From an uncultured virus (IMG/VR IMGVR_UViG_3300028187_000002) (Duplodnaviria > Heunggongvirae > Uroviricota > Caudoviricetes > Herelleviridae), in the IMG/VR virus record IMGVR_UViG_3300028187_000002: 64,000 nt of DNA. The stretch is one strand, 5' to 3'. Both the position numbers and the translations under genes were made by a program. This document shows positions 37,275 through 46,099 of the stretch, piece by piece (the stretch's first letter is position 1; every line of letters starts with the position of its first letter). The notes beneath the pieces were generated by a model. The model did not search any database, was not told the origin of the DNA, and saw only the letters and a program-made list of their open reading frames with translations.

Positions 37275-38588
37275 TTGGAACTAATAATAGATGTATCTAA
37301 GGCAAGGGTACTTAATACAGGTAAACTAGTCAAGCGTGCAGTACAGGTAAAAGGTCAAGGAGGACGTACATTCACTCGTATGCAGTGGATTAATCCTGAT
37401 AAAGGTAAACCAGTAATGGAGACTTCACATGAAGGACATGAAGACCCTCATGCAGCTAGGGTAAACAGTATGAACCCTGAACAGAAGCATTCTATGGTTA
37501 ACCACTTTGTATCCAATCATAGGGATGAAGCGAATGACTTAGCAATGGCTACTGGACAACGTAGGGCACCTCATGTAGCAGAGCATCAGGTTACTCAGCA
37601 CCTAATGGATCATGCACACAAGATACCACATGAATACGTAAAAGACCACTTAGATAGCAAAGAAGCAAAGCCTAGTCTAAATGTGGTGGGAAGTGACTTA
37701 CCTGAGAAGGAAGTTAACAAGCGTATGGGTAAAGAAGGTAGCTTGGACTTGAACAAACTTACTACTGGGGCTTCAATGTATGATGATTCTATCTTCAAAG
37801 AGGATACAGAGTATGCTCAAGAGGATGGTCTTAACCCAGAGAAGGAATTTAAGCACATCTTTAAGGATGTTACTAAATCAGGTATAGAAGATGTATTCTC
37901 TGACCCTAAGGGTGAATGGACAGCATCCCTATCTGGATACGACCTATTCGAGGATGAGGGTAATGTAAACTGTGGTATAAACATGTCCCTTTACGATAAA
38001 GACGGTGAGAAGATGGGACACATCATACGTTCAGCTCACTATGATGAAGAGGGTACTTTGCAGGTACACAATGATGAGATGTATCTAGAATCTCAATATC
38101 ATGGTAAAGGGGTTGCCAACACTGTATATAACAGAAGTGAACAGTTGTGGAAGCACCTATCAGGAGGTCACAAAGTAGGTATCAACTTAACTGCCAACAT
38201 CAGTATTGGTGCCTATGCATGGGCTAAGAAAGGATTCGACTTTTCAGACGACAAACAACTAAGAGTAGCTAAAGCAGAGTTAGAAGGATTCTGTAAGGAA
38301 AATAAAATAGACCTGTCTGATGTACTAAAGAAGAGTGGGTATGAAAGTATAGATGACCTCCAACACTCTTGGCAGTTCGCTACACTTCAAAATGGTAAGT
38401 CCTATAATCTTGAAAGTGTTATAGACCCTCAATACAAGAATGATGTAAAGGGTAGAGAAGGACACTTTGGTAAGGCTTTCATGCTTGGAGGATTAGGGTA
38501 CTGGTATGGTAAGAAAACACTAAATGATGACCATTCTTCAGAAAAAGTAGGTGAAATACATGGCAGAAGAGCTAAAGAGAACAGCTAA
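37275..38588 (+). CDS. putative virion cargo protein: shared leader/module plus GNAT-like domain
   Basis: TTG start after GGAGGTG; MELIIDVSKA..LNTGKL..RMQWINP; YHGKGVA, GAYAWAKKGFDF. Confidence 0.78.
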   Translation: MELIIDVSKARVLNTGKLVKRAVQVKGQGGRTFTRMQWINPDKGKPVMETSHEGHEDPHAARVNSMNPEQKHSMVNHFVSNHRDEANDLAMATGQRRAPHVAEHQVTQHLMDHAHKIPHEYVKDHLDSKEAKPSLNVVGSDLPEKEVNKRMGKEGSLDLNKLTTGASMYDDSIFKEDTEYAQEDGLNPEKEFKHIFKDVTKSGIEDVFSDPKGEWTASLSGYDLFEDEGNVNCGINMSLYDKDGEKMGHIIRSAHYDEEGTLQVHNDEMYLESQYHGKGVANTVYNRSEQLWKHLSGGHKVGINLTANISIGAYAWAKKGFDFSDDKQLRVAKAELEGFCKENKIDLSDVLKKSGYESIDDLQHSWQFATLQNGKSYNLESVIDPQYKNDVKGREGHFGKAFMLGGLGYWYGKKTLNDDHSSEKVGEIHGRRAKENS

Positions 38589-41500
38589 GAAAGTACCTCA
38601 CTATAAGCACGGTAGAGAAGGTAGAAGTAGTCAAGGGGATGCTTGGATGCACCCAGAGGTGTTTGACGACAACTATGAGCGCAAAACGAATTCTGACATA
38701 AGACGTTATACAAGTTCTTTGTCGAAATCGAATCGTTTGGTTGTTGACATTAGCAAGGCAGAAGCACCGAAAACTGGTAGGACTTTGAATAGGGGAAAAC
38801 TCGTGAAGCGTGCGGTACAGGTAAAAGGTAAAGATGGAAGAACCTTTACTCGTATGCAATGGGTAGACCCAAACGATGACCACCAAATACAGTCCCACCC
38901 ACTACACCAAGAGCCTTCACTGGAAGGTACAAAGCCTACTTCCTCTAAAAACCCTAGTGAGATGTCTCGTGAAGAGTATGTAGACCATCATGTTCGTAAG
39001 AAGATGTCTAAAGAAGAGAAGTATGATATGCTAGACAAACATGGTATTGAATGGAAGCGAAATAACCATGAAGCTATTGACCATAAGAATGCTGTAATGG
39101 CTCTAAAACAGCATCTATTGAAGAATCCTCACCTTATTGGTGCACACAATAATAAGGAAGAAAAGGATATTGAGAAGCCATTGACAGGTACAGATAATGA
39201 GAATGAGTTCTGGAATATGTGGGATAAGGCTGACAGAGAGGGTTCATATGAGCTTATGCGTAAGCTAGGTATCATTGATAAGGATGAGAAAGACCCTAGA
39301 TTCGACCCTAATGTAAAGGAAAACATGAAGCCTATTAAGCACTTACTGAACGTTACTCGTTTGAAGAAGTATCTAAAGGAAAATAGACACATCATGACTA
39401 ACCCTGAGTACTTGCCTACTAAAGATACAAATGCAACTAAGGTTAAGAAAAAAGAGTTAGAAGATAAGAAACAAGGTATCAAGCCATCTCCTGCACAAGC
39501 AGGTGGCAATGATGTACACACTATCTTAGCCAATATGCCAAGAGAACAGTTATATAAGCTAATGAAGGATGCTGGTATTGCTGATGAAGACCCACTTATC
39601 ACAGAGGATAAGATGGCAGGAGTTAAGCACCATCTTAATATGATTAAGTTCAAGAAGCATCTAGAGAAGCACCCTGAGATACTAACTCATAATCCTGATG
39701 GTTCTCTTACTGAGGGTGAGAAGGAGCGTATTGCTTCCCTACCTGAAGAAGCTAAAGAACGTGACCGTATTAAGAGCTTTGTGTCTGATATGTCTCAAGA
39801 GGACGTAGAGGATGCACTAGACAAATACAGTGACCACGATGCAGTTAAGAACAGAACTACTTCTGACCATGAAGGTATTAACAATATGCATGCAAAAGGC
39901 GCTCTAGTAAAAGTATTCTCTGAAGATAAGGAGAGAATGAAGCCTTATCAGAAAGAAGTAGATGCTGATAGACTGATGAAGATGCGTATTGGTAATAAGG
40001 TTATGGGTAAATTCTTACGTCATGCTTTTGGCTTCAAGGGTATGGGAGACCTAAAAAGACCTGAAGATGATGAGTTCCGTACTACAGAGTGGCAATGGCA
40101 TGGTAACGGTGGTAGTGGCTCTGCTATGATGGAGAAGAATGATAATGGAGAAGCAGTACTAACCGTTATCGACTATGGGGAAGATGGTCAAGGGTGGAAC
40201 GAATCTCAAGTCCCTCTACAACAGGTTAAGGACTTTGTAGACGATTTGAGAAAAGGGAATGAACAGAAGAAGAAGGTTGAGGCGAAGGAGGTTCCCCTAC
40301 AGAAGAAGCCAGCAGACCAGATAGAAAAAGCCCTAAACGAGAATTTCGAAAAGAACTACACTCCAGAGGTCGGGGAGGTCATGCAGTCCCACTTCACTAA
40401 GCTATGGAACAATGCAAACCGTTCAGGTAAGATTAGTGACATAGTGAAGAAGTCTATGAATATGACTAAGGGTACTATGAGAAGCCTACTTAAAGAGTGG
40501 AATGTTCCGGTATCTCCTACAGGGGATATTATCAAGACTAATGACCCTAACTTTAAGGCTGTGGTATTCAAGGATGAGATTCAGGATAAGAAGTCTAAGA
40601 GTGCTATGGATTACCTTAAAGCAGCAGACATAGGAGTAGACCGTAAAGCTACACCAGATGCTCCCTATGACCCTTATGTACTACACGAATCAGCTAAGAA
40701 CTGGACAGAAGGAGAGAAAGCACAAGCACGTAAGGAGCTATTACAGAATGCTATTCATGTTAAGACTGGTATTACACATGAAGACCATGACAAGCGTATA
40801 GCCAAACTTACAGACCATCTCCATTCATCTACAACTCATATACCGTTTGACTTAATGAGTCACCTGTTAGCCAACGGTATGAAGGTTAAGTTCTCTGATG
40901 TAGATGCACATGGTAATGCTCATACAGGGGCTAACTACAATGGTAAGGACAACGCCATTTACCTAGATTCTCAGTACTACCATGATAAGTCTGTATTCAA
41001 AGACCACCCACATGACCACATACCAGAGAAGACAGAACATCCTACTATTAAGGGTGCTAAGTATGGACACTGGAGTATAGGGGAGAACATGGTGCATGAA
41101 TCTGCCCACGCCATTGACAGATTCCTAAGTGGTGGAGACTCCTATCTAAACTGGGATAAAGGACACGGTACTACTTATGCTAGTGACCATTTAAATACTG
41201 TTCCTGAACATTATAAGAAGAAAGTTGAACAGTCTAACCCTGATAAGGAGATTAGATACAGCAAGGAAGGAAAGTATTTTTATGTTTTAGATGAGTGGAT
41301 GTCCAACTATGAAGGGCGTGTATATGGAGAGTATCAGAAGCTCAACCCTGATTATGTACACTCTGACAACGATACAGGTAAGATGTACGATAAGAAGTTC
41401 CAAGGCGTTGAGGGTATGCATGGTACTGAACACTGGGCTGAATCAGTAGCAGGTTATGGTAACGCTATCCACTCTTACCAACGTTGGAAGGATATGAATC

Positions 41501-41820
41501 CAGGTAAGAAAGATACCTCTATGGATGACTGGGCTGAACAAATGCATAAGCAATACTCACAAAAAGGCTTTGGTACTGCTAACAGTGAAGGTCAAAACTA
41601 TAAGGTTGGTACAAGCACTAGACCAATGGAATCTTATGGTTGGCAATACCACACAATGAAGCAACACTATCCAGAGCTATTTGGTGCAATGCAGTCCATC
41701 TTTAATAGACCTGACTTCTTAGGACAGAAGGGACAGAGCCGAACAGAGTCAATTCAACATGGAACTTCAGCTAAAAAATCTCTAGGCTTATTCGTTGATT
41801 TGGGAGGGAGCAAGGCATGA
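38560..41820 (+). CDS. large putative virion cargo: GNAT-partner-like peptide, shared module, helix-loop-helix repeats, zincin metallopeptidase
   Basis: LVVDISKA..LNRGKL..RMQWVDP; VHESAHAID ... EHWAES. Confidence 0.78.
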   Translation: MAEELKRTAKKVPHYKHGREGRSSQGDAWMHPEVFDDNYERKTNSDIRRYTSSLSKSNRLVVDISKAEAPKTGRTLNRGKLVKRAVQVKGKDGRTFTRMQWVDPNDDHQIQSHPLHQEPSLEGTKPTSSKNPSEMSREEYVDHHVRKKMSKEEKYDMLDKHGIEWKRNNHEAIDHKNAVMALKQHLLKNPHLIGAHNNKEEKDIEKPLTGTDNENEFWNMWDKADREGSYELMRKLGIIDKDEKDPRFDPNVKENMKPIKHLLNVTRLKKYLKENRHIMTNPEYLPTKDTNATKVKKKELEDKKQGIKPSPAQAGGNDVHTILANMPREQLYKLMKDAGIADEDPLITEDKMAGVKHHLNMIKFKKHLEKHPEILTHNPDGSLTEGEKERIASLPEEAKERDRIKSFVSDMSQEDVEDALDKYSDHDAVKNRTTSDHEGINNMHAKGALVKVFSEDKERMKPYQKEVDADRLMKMRIGNKVMGKFLRHAFGFKGMGDLKRPEDDEFRTTEWQWHGNGGSGSAMMEKNDNGEAVLTVIDYGEDGQGWNESQVPLQQVKDFVDDLRKGNEQKKKVEAKEVPLQKKPADQIEKALNENFEKNYTPEVGEVMQSHFTKLWNNANRSGKISDIVKKSMNMTKGTMRSLLKEWNVPVSPTGDIIKTNDPNFKAVVFKDEIQDKKSKSAMDYLKAADIGVDRKATPDAPYDPYVLHESAKNWTEGEKAQARKELLQNAIHVKTGITHEDHDKRIAKLTDHLHSSTTHIPFDLMSHLLANGMKVKFSDVDAHGNAHTGANYNGKDNAIYLDSQYYHDKSVFKDHPHDHIPEKTEHPTIKGAKYGHWSIGENMVHESAHAIDRFLSGGDSYLNWDKGHGTTYASDHLNTVPEHYKKKVEQSNPDKEIRYSKEGKYFYVLDEWMSNYEGRVYGEYQKLNPDYVHSDNDTGKMYDKKFQGVEGMHGTEHWAESVAGYGNAIHSYQRWKDMNPGKKDTSMDDWAEQMHKQYSQKGFGTANSEGQNYKVGTSTRPMESYGWQYHTMKQHYPELFGAMQSIFNRPDFLGQKGQSRTESIQHGTSAKKSLGLFVDLGGSKA

Positions 41821-42194
41821 AGGTAGTTATTCACAAAGACGGAAAATTGGGTACGGTAAAATATAGCAAAGATGGTCAAGCTATGGTGAGCCACCCTGAT
41901 GCTAAAGTTAGGAAGGCTGTAAAAGACTACTTAGACACTGAACGAGAGTTTACAGTAGCAAACCCTAATACAGACCCTGATGTTGTTGGTTCTAGGAGGA
42001 AGCTTTATGCTTCCCCTAAAGCCAATGAAGATACAATGTCTATGGCTTTGTGTGAGATGTTTCACCATACTGGAGTACACGTGGACTGGTCTGGGCAGAT
42101 GTCTAAGGATTTCCTAGGACAGAAGGACAAGAACAGTAAAGCAGACAAGCCTATTGAGAAATCAATAGTAGACGATTTCAATATTATAAATTAG
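41817..42194 (+). CDS. hypothetical protein coupled to the peptidase gene
   Basis: ATGA overlap; GGAGG SD. Confidence 0.7.
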   Translation: MKVVIHKDGKLGTVKYSKDGQAMVSHPDAKVRKAVKDYLDTEREFTVANPNTDPDVVGSRRKLYASPKANEDTMSMALCEMFHHTGVHVDWSGQMSKDFLGQKDKNSKADKPIEKSIVDDFNIIN

Positions 42195-42204
42195 GAGGAT
42201 TATC

Positions 42205-42747
42205 ATGAATGATGACACTTTGCTAGTAATATCCCCTAAGCTTATGGACATTCAGAAAGGTAAGAGTGACCGTAATGGACTAGTACAACAGATACTTACT
42301 TATGTACGAGATGGCAGAACTATAACTCGTAAACAGTGGGTACGTAGTGAGTTTGCAGACCACGCTAAGAAGAATGAGGAAGAAAAGAAAGATGTACTAT
42401 TACGTGAGCAGGAAAGAGAAAGACGTAAGGAAGCTAAGAAGAATCAGGAACAAGCTGAGAAAGTAGCTACCCAAGATAAACGTGCACGTAAGAAGAAGGT
42501 AAAAGAGAAAGAGAAAATGGAAGGTCATTCTGAGGGTACTAAGCATGTTATTCATGTAGGGGAGTACGCTAAGAAACTACAGGAACAGAAGAAAAAGCGT
42601 ATGCAGGATGAAAAGGATAAGAAGAGTAAGCAACAAGGCGATAAGAAGAAGGATAACAAGAAGAAGGATAAGCATGGCTCATTTGGACAGGCTAAGCAGA
42701 CCAGAGAAGATAATAAGGCAAGTGACAATATGTCTCTTGGTAAGTAG
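42205..42747 (+). CDS. Lys-rich protein with a divergent copy of the shared module
   Basis: DIQKG...GLVQQILTYVRDGRTITRKQWV; very basic tail. Confidence 0.7.
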   Translation: MNDDTLLVISPKLMDIQKGKSDRNGLVQQILTYVRDGRTITRKQWVRSEFADHAKKNEEEKKDVLLREQERERRKEAKKNQEQAEKVATQDKRARKKKVKEKEKMEGHSEGTKHVIHVGEYAKKLQEQKKKRMQDEKDKKSKQQGDKKKDNKKKDKHGSFGQAKQTREDNKASDNMSLGK

Positions 42748-42846
42748 CGTACACGTAAGTGTATGCTATTTTTATTTTCTTTCTGAATTTTATTCTAAGA
42801 GAATAATGTGTATACCCCTTTTAATTTATGGTAGGAGGTGCTAGTA

Positions 42847-44433
42847 ATGGGGCTTTGGAGCGCACTAGGTAATTTACTAAGCGTAAATATACCTGAATAC
42901 TCTGACTCTTCTGTGGACTTATCAAAGTCTATGAGTCAGCAAGAAGACATAATGAAATCTGAAAGAGCACGTGACCCTAAGTTTATCATAGAAGATCCAT
43001 TATCGTTAGTAACCCAGCTAGGGTTCAAGGATAAGCCATCATCATTAACATTCGATACATTGAAGAAGATGGCAGTACGAAATTCAGTGGTTGCTTCTAT
43101 TATTACAACACGGGTTAACCAAGTGGCTAGTTTTTCCCAACCAGCCAGACTTACTAAAGATGGGGTAGGGTTTGAGATAACTCTACGTGACCCTAAGGCA
43201 ACGCCCACAGATGAAGAGATGAGTATGATTCTATCCTTAGAGTCATTCTTAGAAAACTGTGGTTTCTCGTATGACCCTAGTAGAGATAACTTTGATACAC
43301 TGTTACGTAAGCTGACTAGGGACTCCCTAACTTATGACCAACTTAACTTTGAGGTAGTACCTGACAGACGAGGACTACCAGCAGAGGTATATGCAGTAGA
43401 TGCTTCTACTATTAGGGCAGCAGAGATGGATGACCCTACACCAGAGACAGGAGTTACATTTGCTGACTTTAAAGGTAATAGCCAGTCTACTAAGTTTGTA
43501 CAGATAATGAATGGCTCTATCATAGCTGAGTTTACAGGGTTGGAACTAGCATTTGCTGTACGTAATCCTAGAACTGATATCAATGTTCAGCCATATGGTC
43601 ATTCTGAACTAGAGATTCTTATACACCAAATAACTGCACATCTATGGGCAGAAGAGTATAACTCTAAGTACTTCTCTCAAGGGGGTACTACAAAAGGTAT
43701 CTTGAATATCAAAGGTCAGAATATCAGTAAGGAACAGTTAGACGCTTTCCGCAGACAGTGGACTGCCCAAATTGCTGGTATGACTGGTGCATGGAAGACT
43801 CCTGTAGTATCTGTTGATGGATTAGAATACGTTAACGTATCTCAATCTAACAGAGAGATGGAGTACGAGATGTGGATGAACTACCTTATCAACATCTGTT
43901 GTGCAGTATATCAAATTGACCCTGCTGAGATAAACTTCCCTAACCGTGGTGGTGCAGGTGGCTCTGGTGGAGGATTAGGTGAGGGTGGTATTGAAGACCG
44001 CCTTAAAAACTCTAAGGATAAGGGATTAAGACCAATGTTAAGCTTTATAGCTAACGTAATTAATCGCTATATTATCCGTAGATTCTCTAATAAGTTTATA
44101 TTCAACTTTGTAGGGCTTGATAAAGAGTCTGAGAAATCTAGACTTGAGGTACAGGACAAACAGGTACGCTCATTCAAGACTATCAACGAGTTACGTAAAC
44201 AACGTGGTATGAAACCTATTGAAAATGGTGATGTTATCCTAGACCCAACGTTTATAAACTACGTAATGCAAAAGGAAATGGCACAAGAGGCAGAGCAACA
44301 AGGTGACCCTAATGACCCTAACGCAGGAGCAGGAGAAGAGCCACCAGAGGAGCAAAGTCCAGAGGAGATACAGCAGGCACAAGAGGATGACCAAATACAT
44401 CAGTCTATAGACCAACAGTATACTCAACAATAG
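42847..44433 (+). CDS. portal protein
   Basis: [38 protein letters not shown] motifs; precedes the protease. Confidence 0.9.
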   Translation: MGLWSALGNLLSVNIPEYSDSSVDLSKSMSQQEDIMKSERARDPKFIIEDPLSLVTQLGFKDKPSSLTFDTLKKMAVRNSVVASIITTRVNQVASFSQPARLTKDGVGFEITLRDPKATPTDEEMSMILSLESFLENCGFSYDPSRDNFDTLLRKLTRDSLTYDQLNFEVVPDRRGLPAEVYAVDASTIRAAEMDDPTPETGVTFADFKGNSQSTKFVQIMNGSIIAEFTGLELAFAVRNPRTDINVQPYGHSELEILIHQITAHLWAEEYNSKYFSQGGTTKGILNIKGQNISKEQLDAFRRQWTAQIAGMTGAWKTPVVSVDGLEYVNVSQSNREMEYEMWMNYLINICCAVYQIDPAEINFPNRGGAGGSGGGLGEGGIEDRLKNSKDKGLRPMLSFIANVINRYIIRRFSNKFIFNFVGLDKESEKSRLEVQDKQVRSFKTINELRKQRGMKPIENGDVILDPTFINYVMQKEMAQEAEQQGDPNDPNAGAGEEPPEEQSPEEIQQAQEDDQIHQSIDQQYTQQ

Positions 44434-44491
44434 TATATGTGTTATAAGGTCTATAACTGATTTTATACTTTAGATACAAGGGGGTGAAGAG

Positions 44492-45253
44492 ATGGCAGAT
44501 TTATTTAAGTTTAGCGTAAATGCAGATGCTGATATACAGAAGTCTTCAGAAGAGGGCAAACGCATTATCAGAGGTTATGCTTCTACTGAAGATGAGGATA
44601 GACAGGGTGAGTCTATGGTTCAAAAGGGCTTAGACATATCCGACTTCCTAAATCATGGCTATTTCAACTATGACCATGACAACAGTATAATCATGGGTTA
44701 CCCTTATCCAACATGTAGAGTGGATGACAGAGGATTATACGTTGAGGGTGAGTTATTCAAGGGAATACCGCAGGCAGATAGACTTTGGGAGTTAGCTATA
44801 GCTCTTAAGAAGTCTAATGCTCCTAGGAAAGTAGGTTTCTCTGTTGAGGGTAAGGTTTTAGAGCGTGATGGAAGTCGTATCCTAAAGGCTAAAATTTATA
44901 ATGTAGCAATTACAACCAACCCAGTTAATACCCATACCTCATGGGAAGCGGTTGTTAAGTCCTTCAATGCACCATCTCATATGCATATAGATGAGGTAGA
45001 GAAAGCCTTATCCGCAGGTTATGAAACTAACCCAGAGGATATGGAAGGTGGAGAAACGTTTCGTAAGGAAAGCCTAGACAAGGACTTAAAGAACTTGTCG
45101 TATGTGATAGATAATGATGAGAAGAAGAAAATTCTTAAAGAGAAACTTGCTAAGAAGTCATTAACTACACGAGAAACAATTGTATACTTACAGTTAACTA
45201 AAGGCTACTCTAGAGCAGAAGCCGAGGACTTCATTAATAAGGCTATAAACTAA
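44492..45253 (+). CDS. prohead protease
   Basis: IRGYAST..DRQGE, NYDH, GFSVEG, VAITTNPVN. Confidence 0.9.
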   Translation: MADLFKFSVNADADIQKSSEEGKRIIRGYASTEDEDRQGESMVQKGLDISDFLNHGYFNYDHDNSIIMGYPYPTCRVDDRGLYVEGELFKGIPQADRLWELAIALKKSNAPRKVGFSVEGKVLERDGSRILKAKIYNVAITTNPVNTHTSWEAVVKSFNAPSHMHIDEVEKALSAGYETNPEDMEGGETFRKESLDKDLKNLSYVIDNDEKKKILKEKLAKKSLTTRETIVYLQLTKGYSRAEAEDFINKAIN

Positions 45254-45266
45254 GGAGGTATATAGA

Positions 45267-46082
45267 ATGGCTAACGTAAACAAGTTAGATGAGTCTATCA
45301 ACAAGTCATTAGACGAGTTAGTGGCAATGGGCGAGGCAGTAAAGAAAAGTACTGCTGAGAGTGAAGAATCATTATCTAAAGGTTTGGATAATGAAGATGT
45401 AGCACCTGAAGAGGTATCTGAAGACGCTCCTGAACAAGGTAATGAAGAAGCACCTGAAGAAGGCGCACCAGAGGGTGGCGATGAGCCACAAGAAGACGGT
45501 GACGTAGATGCTGATACAGAAGCTGAAGAAGATGCTAACGAAGATGAGCCTGTAGAGAAATCATTAGAAGACACATTAAAATCTAATGATGGAGTTCGTA
45601 AGGCACTAGAAGTTAGTGAATTCTTAGATGAGTTAGTTAAAGGCTTATCAACAGTATTGACTGGTCACTCTGATGAGTTACAGAAGTCTATTGATAGCAC
45701 TAACAAGTCTAATGAAATCATCGCTAAGTCTATGATTGGTATTGTTAAATCTCACCAAACAATCTTAGACAGCCAGAACACTTTATCTAAGTCTATTAAT
45801 GACCTAGCACAACGCATGATGAAAGTAGAAACTACTCCAGTAGTGCGTAAGTCAGTGCCATCTGCACAGACGAAAGTTATACAAAAGTCATTTGAAGCTT
45901 CTAATGGGGATGCTCCTAAGCAAGAAGAGGGTATTTCTAAGTCAATGGCTATTGGTAAATTAATGAGTGCAGTACAAGGTGGTCAAGGCGACTTGTCTAT
46001 GGATGTACTAGCGTTAGAGTCAGGTGCTAATATTAGTGACCTATCAGCTAACGCTAAATTACTATTAGGTTCTAACAATTAA
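45267..46082 (+). CDS. scaffolding protein
   Basis: acidic/coiled-coil, between protease and MCP, many K-S/A/G sites. Confidence 0.7.
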   Translation: MANVNKLDESINKSLDELVAMGEAVKKSTAESEESLSKGLDNEDVAPEEVSEDAPEQGNEEAPEEGAPEGGDEPQEDGDVDADTEAEEDANEDEPVEKSLEDTLKSNDGVRKALEVSEFLDELVKGLSTVLTGHSDELQKSIDSTNKSNEIIAKSMIGIVKSHQTILDSQNTLSKSINDLAQRMMKVETTPVVRKSVPSAQTKVIQKSFEASNGDAPKQEEGISKSMAIGKLMSAVQGGQGDLSMDVLALESGANISDLSANAKLLLGSNN

Positions 46083-46099
46083 TCGGAGGTGCAAAGCAC

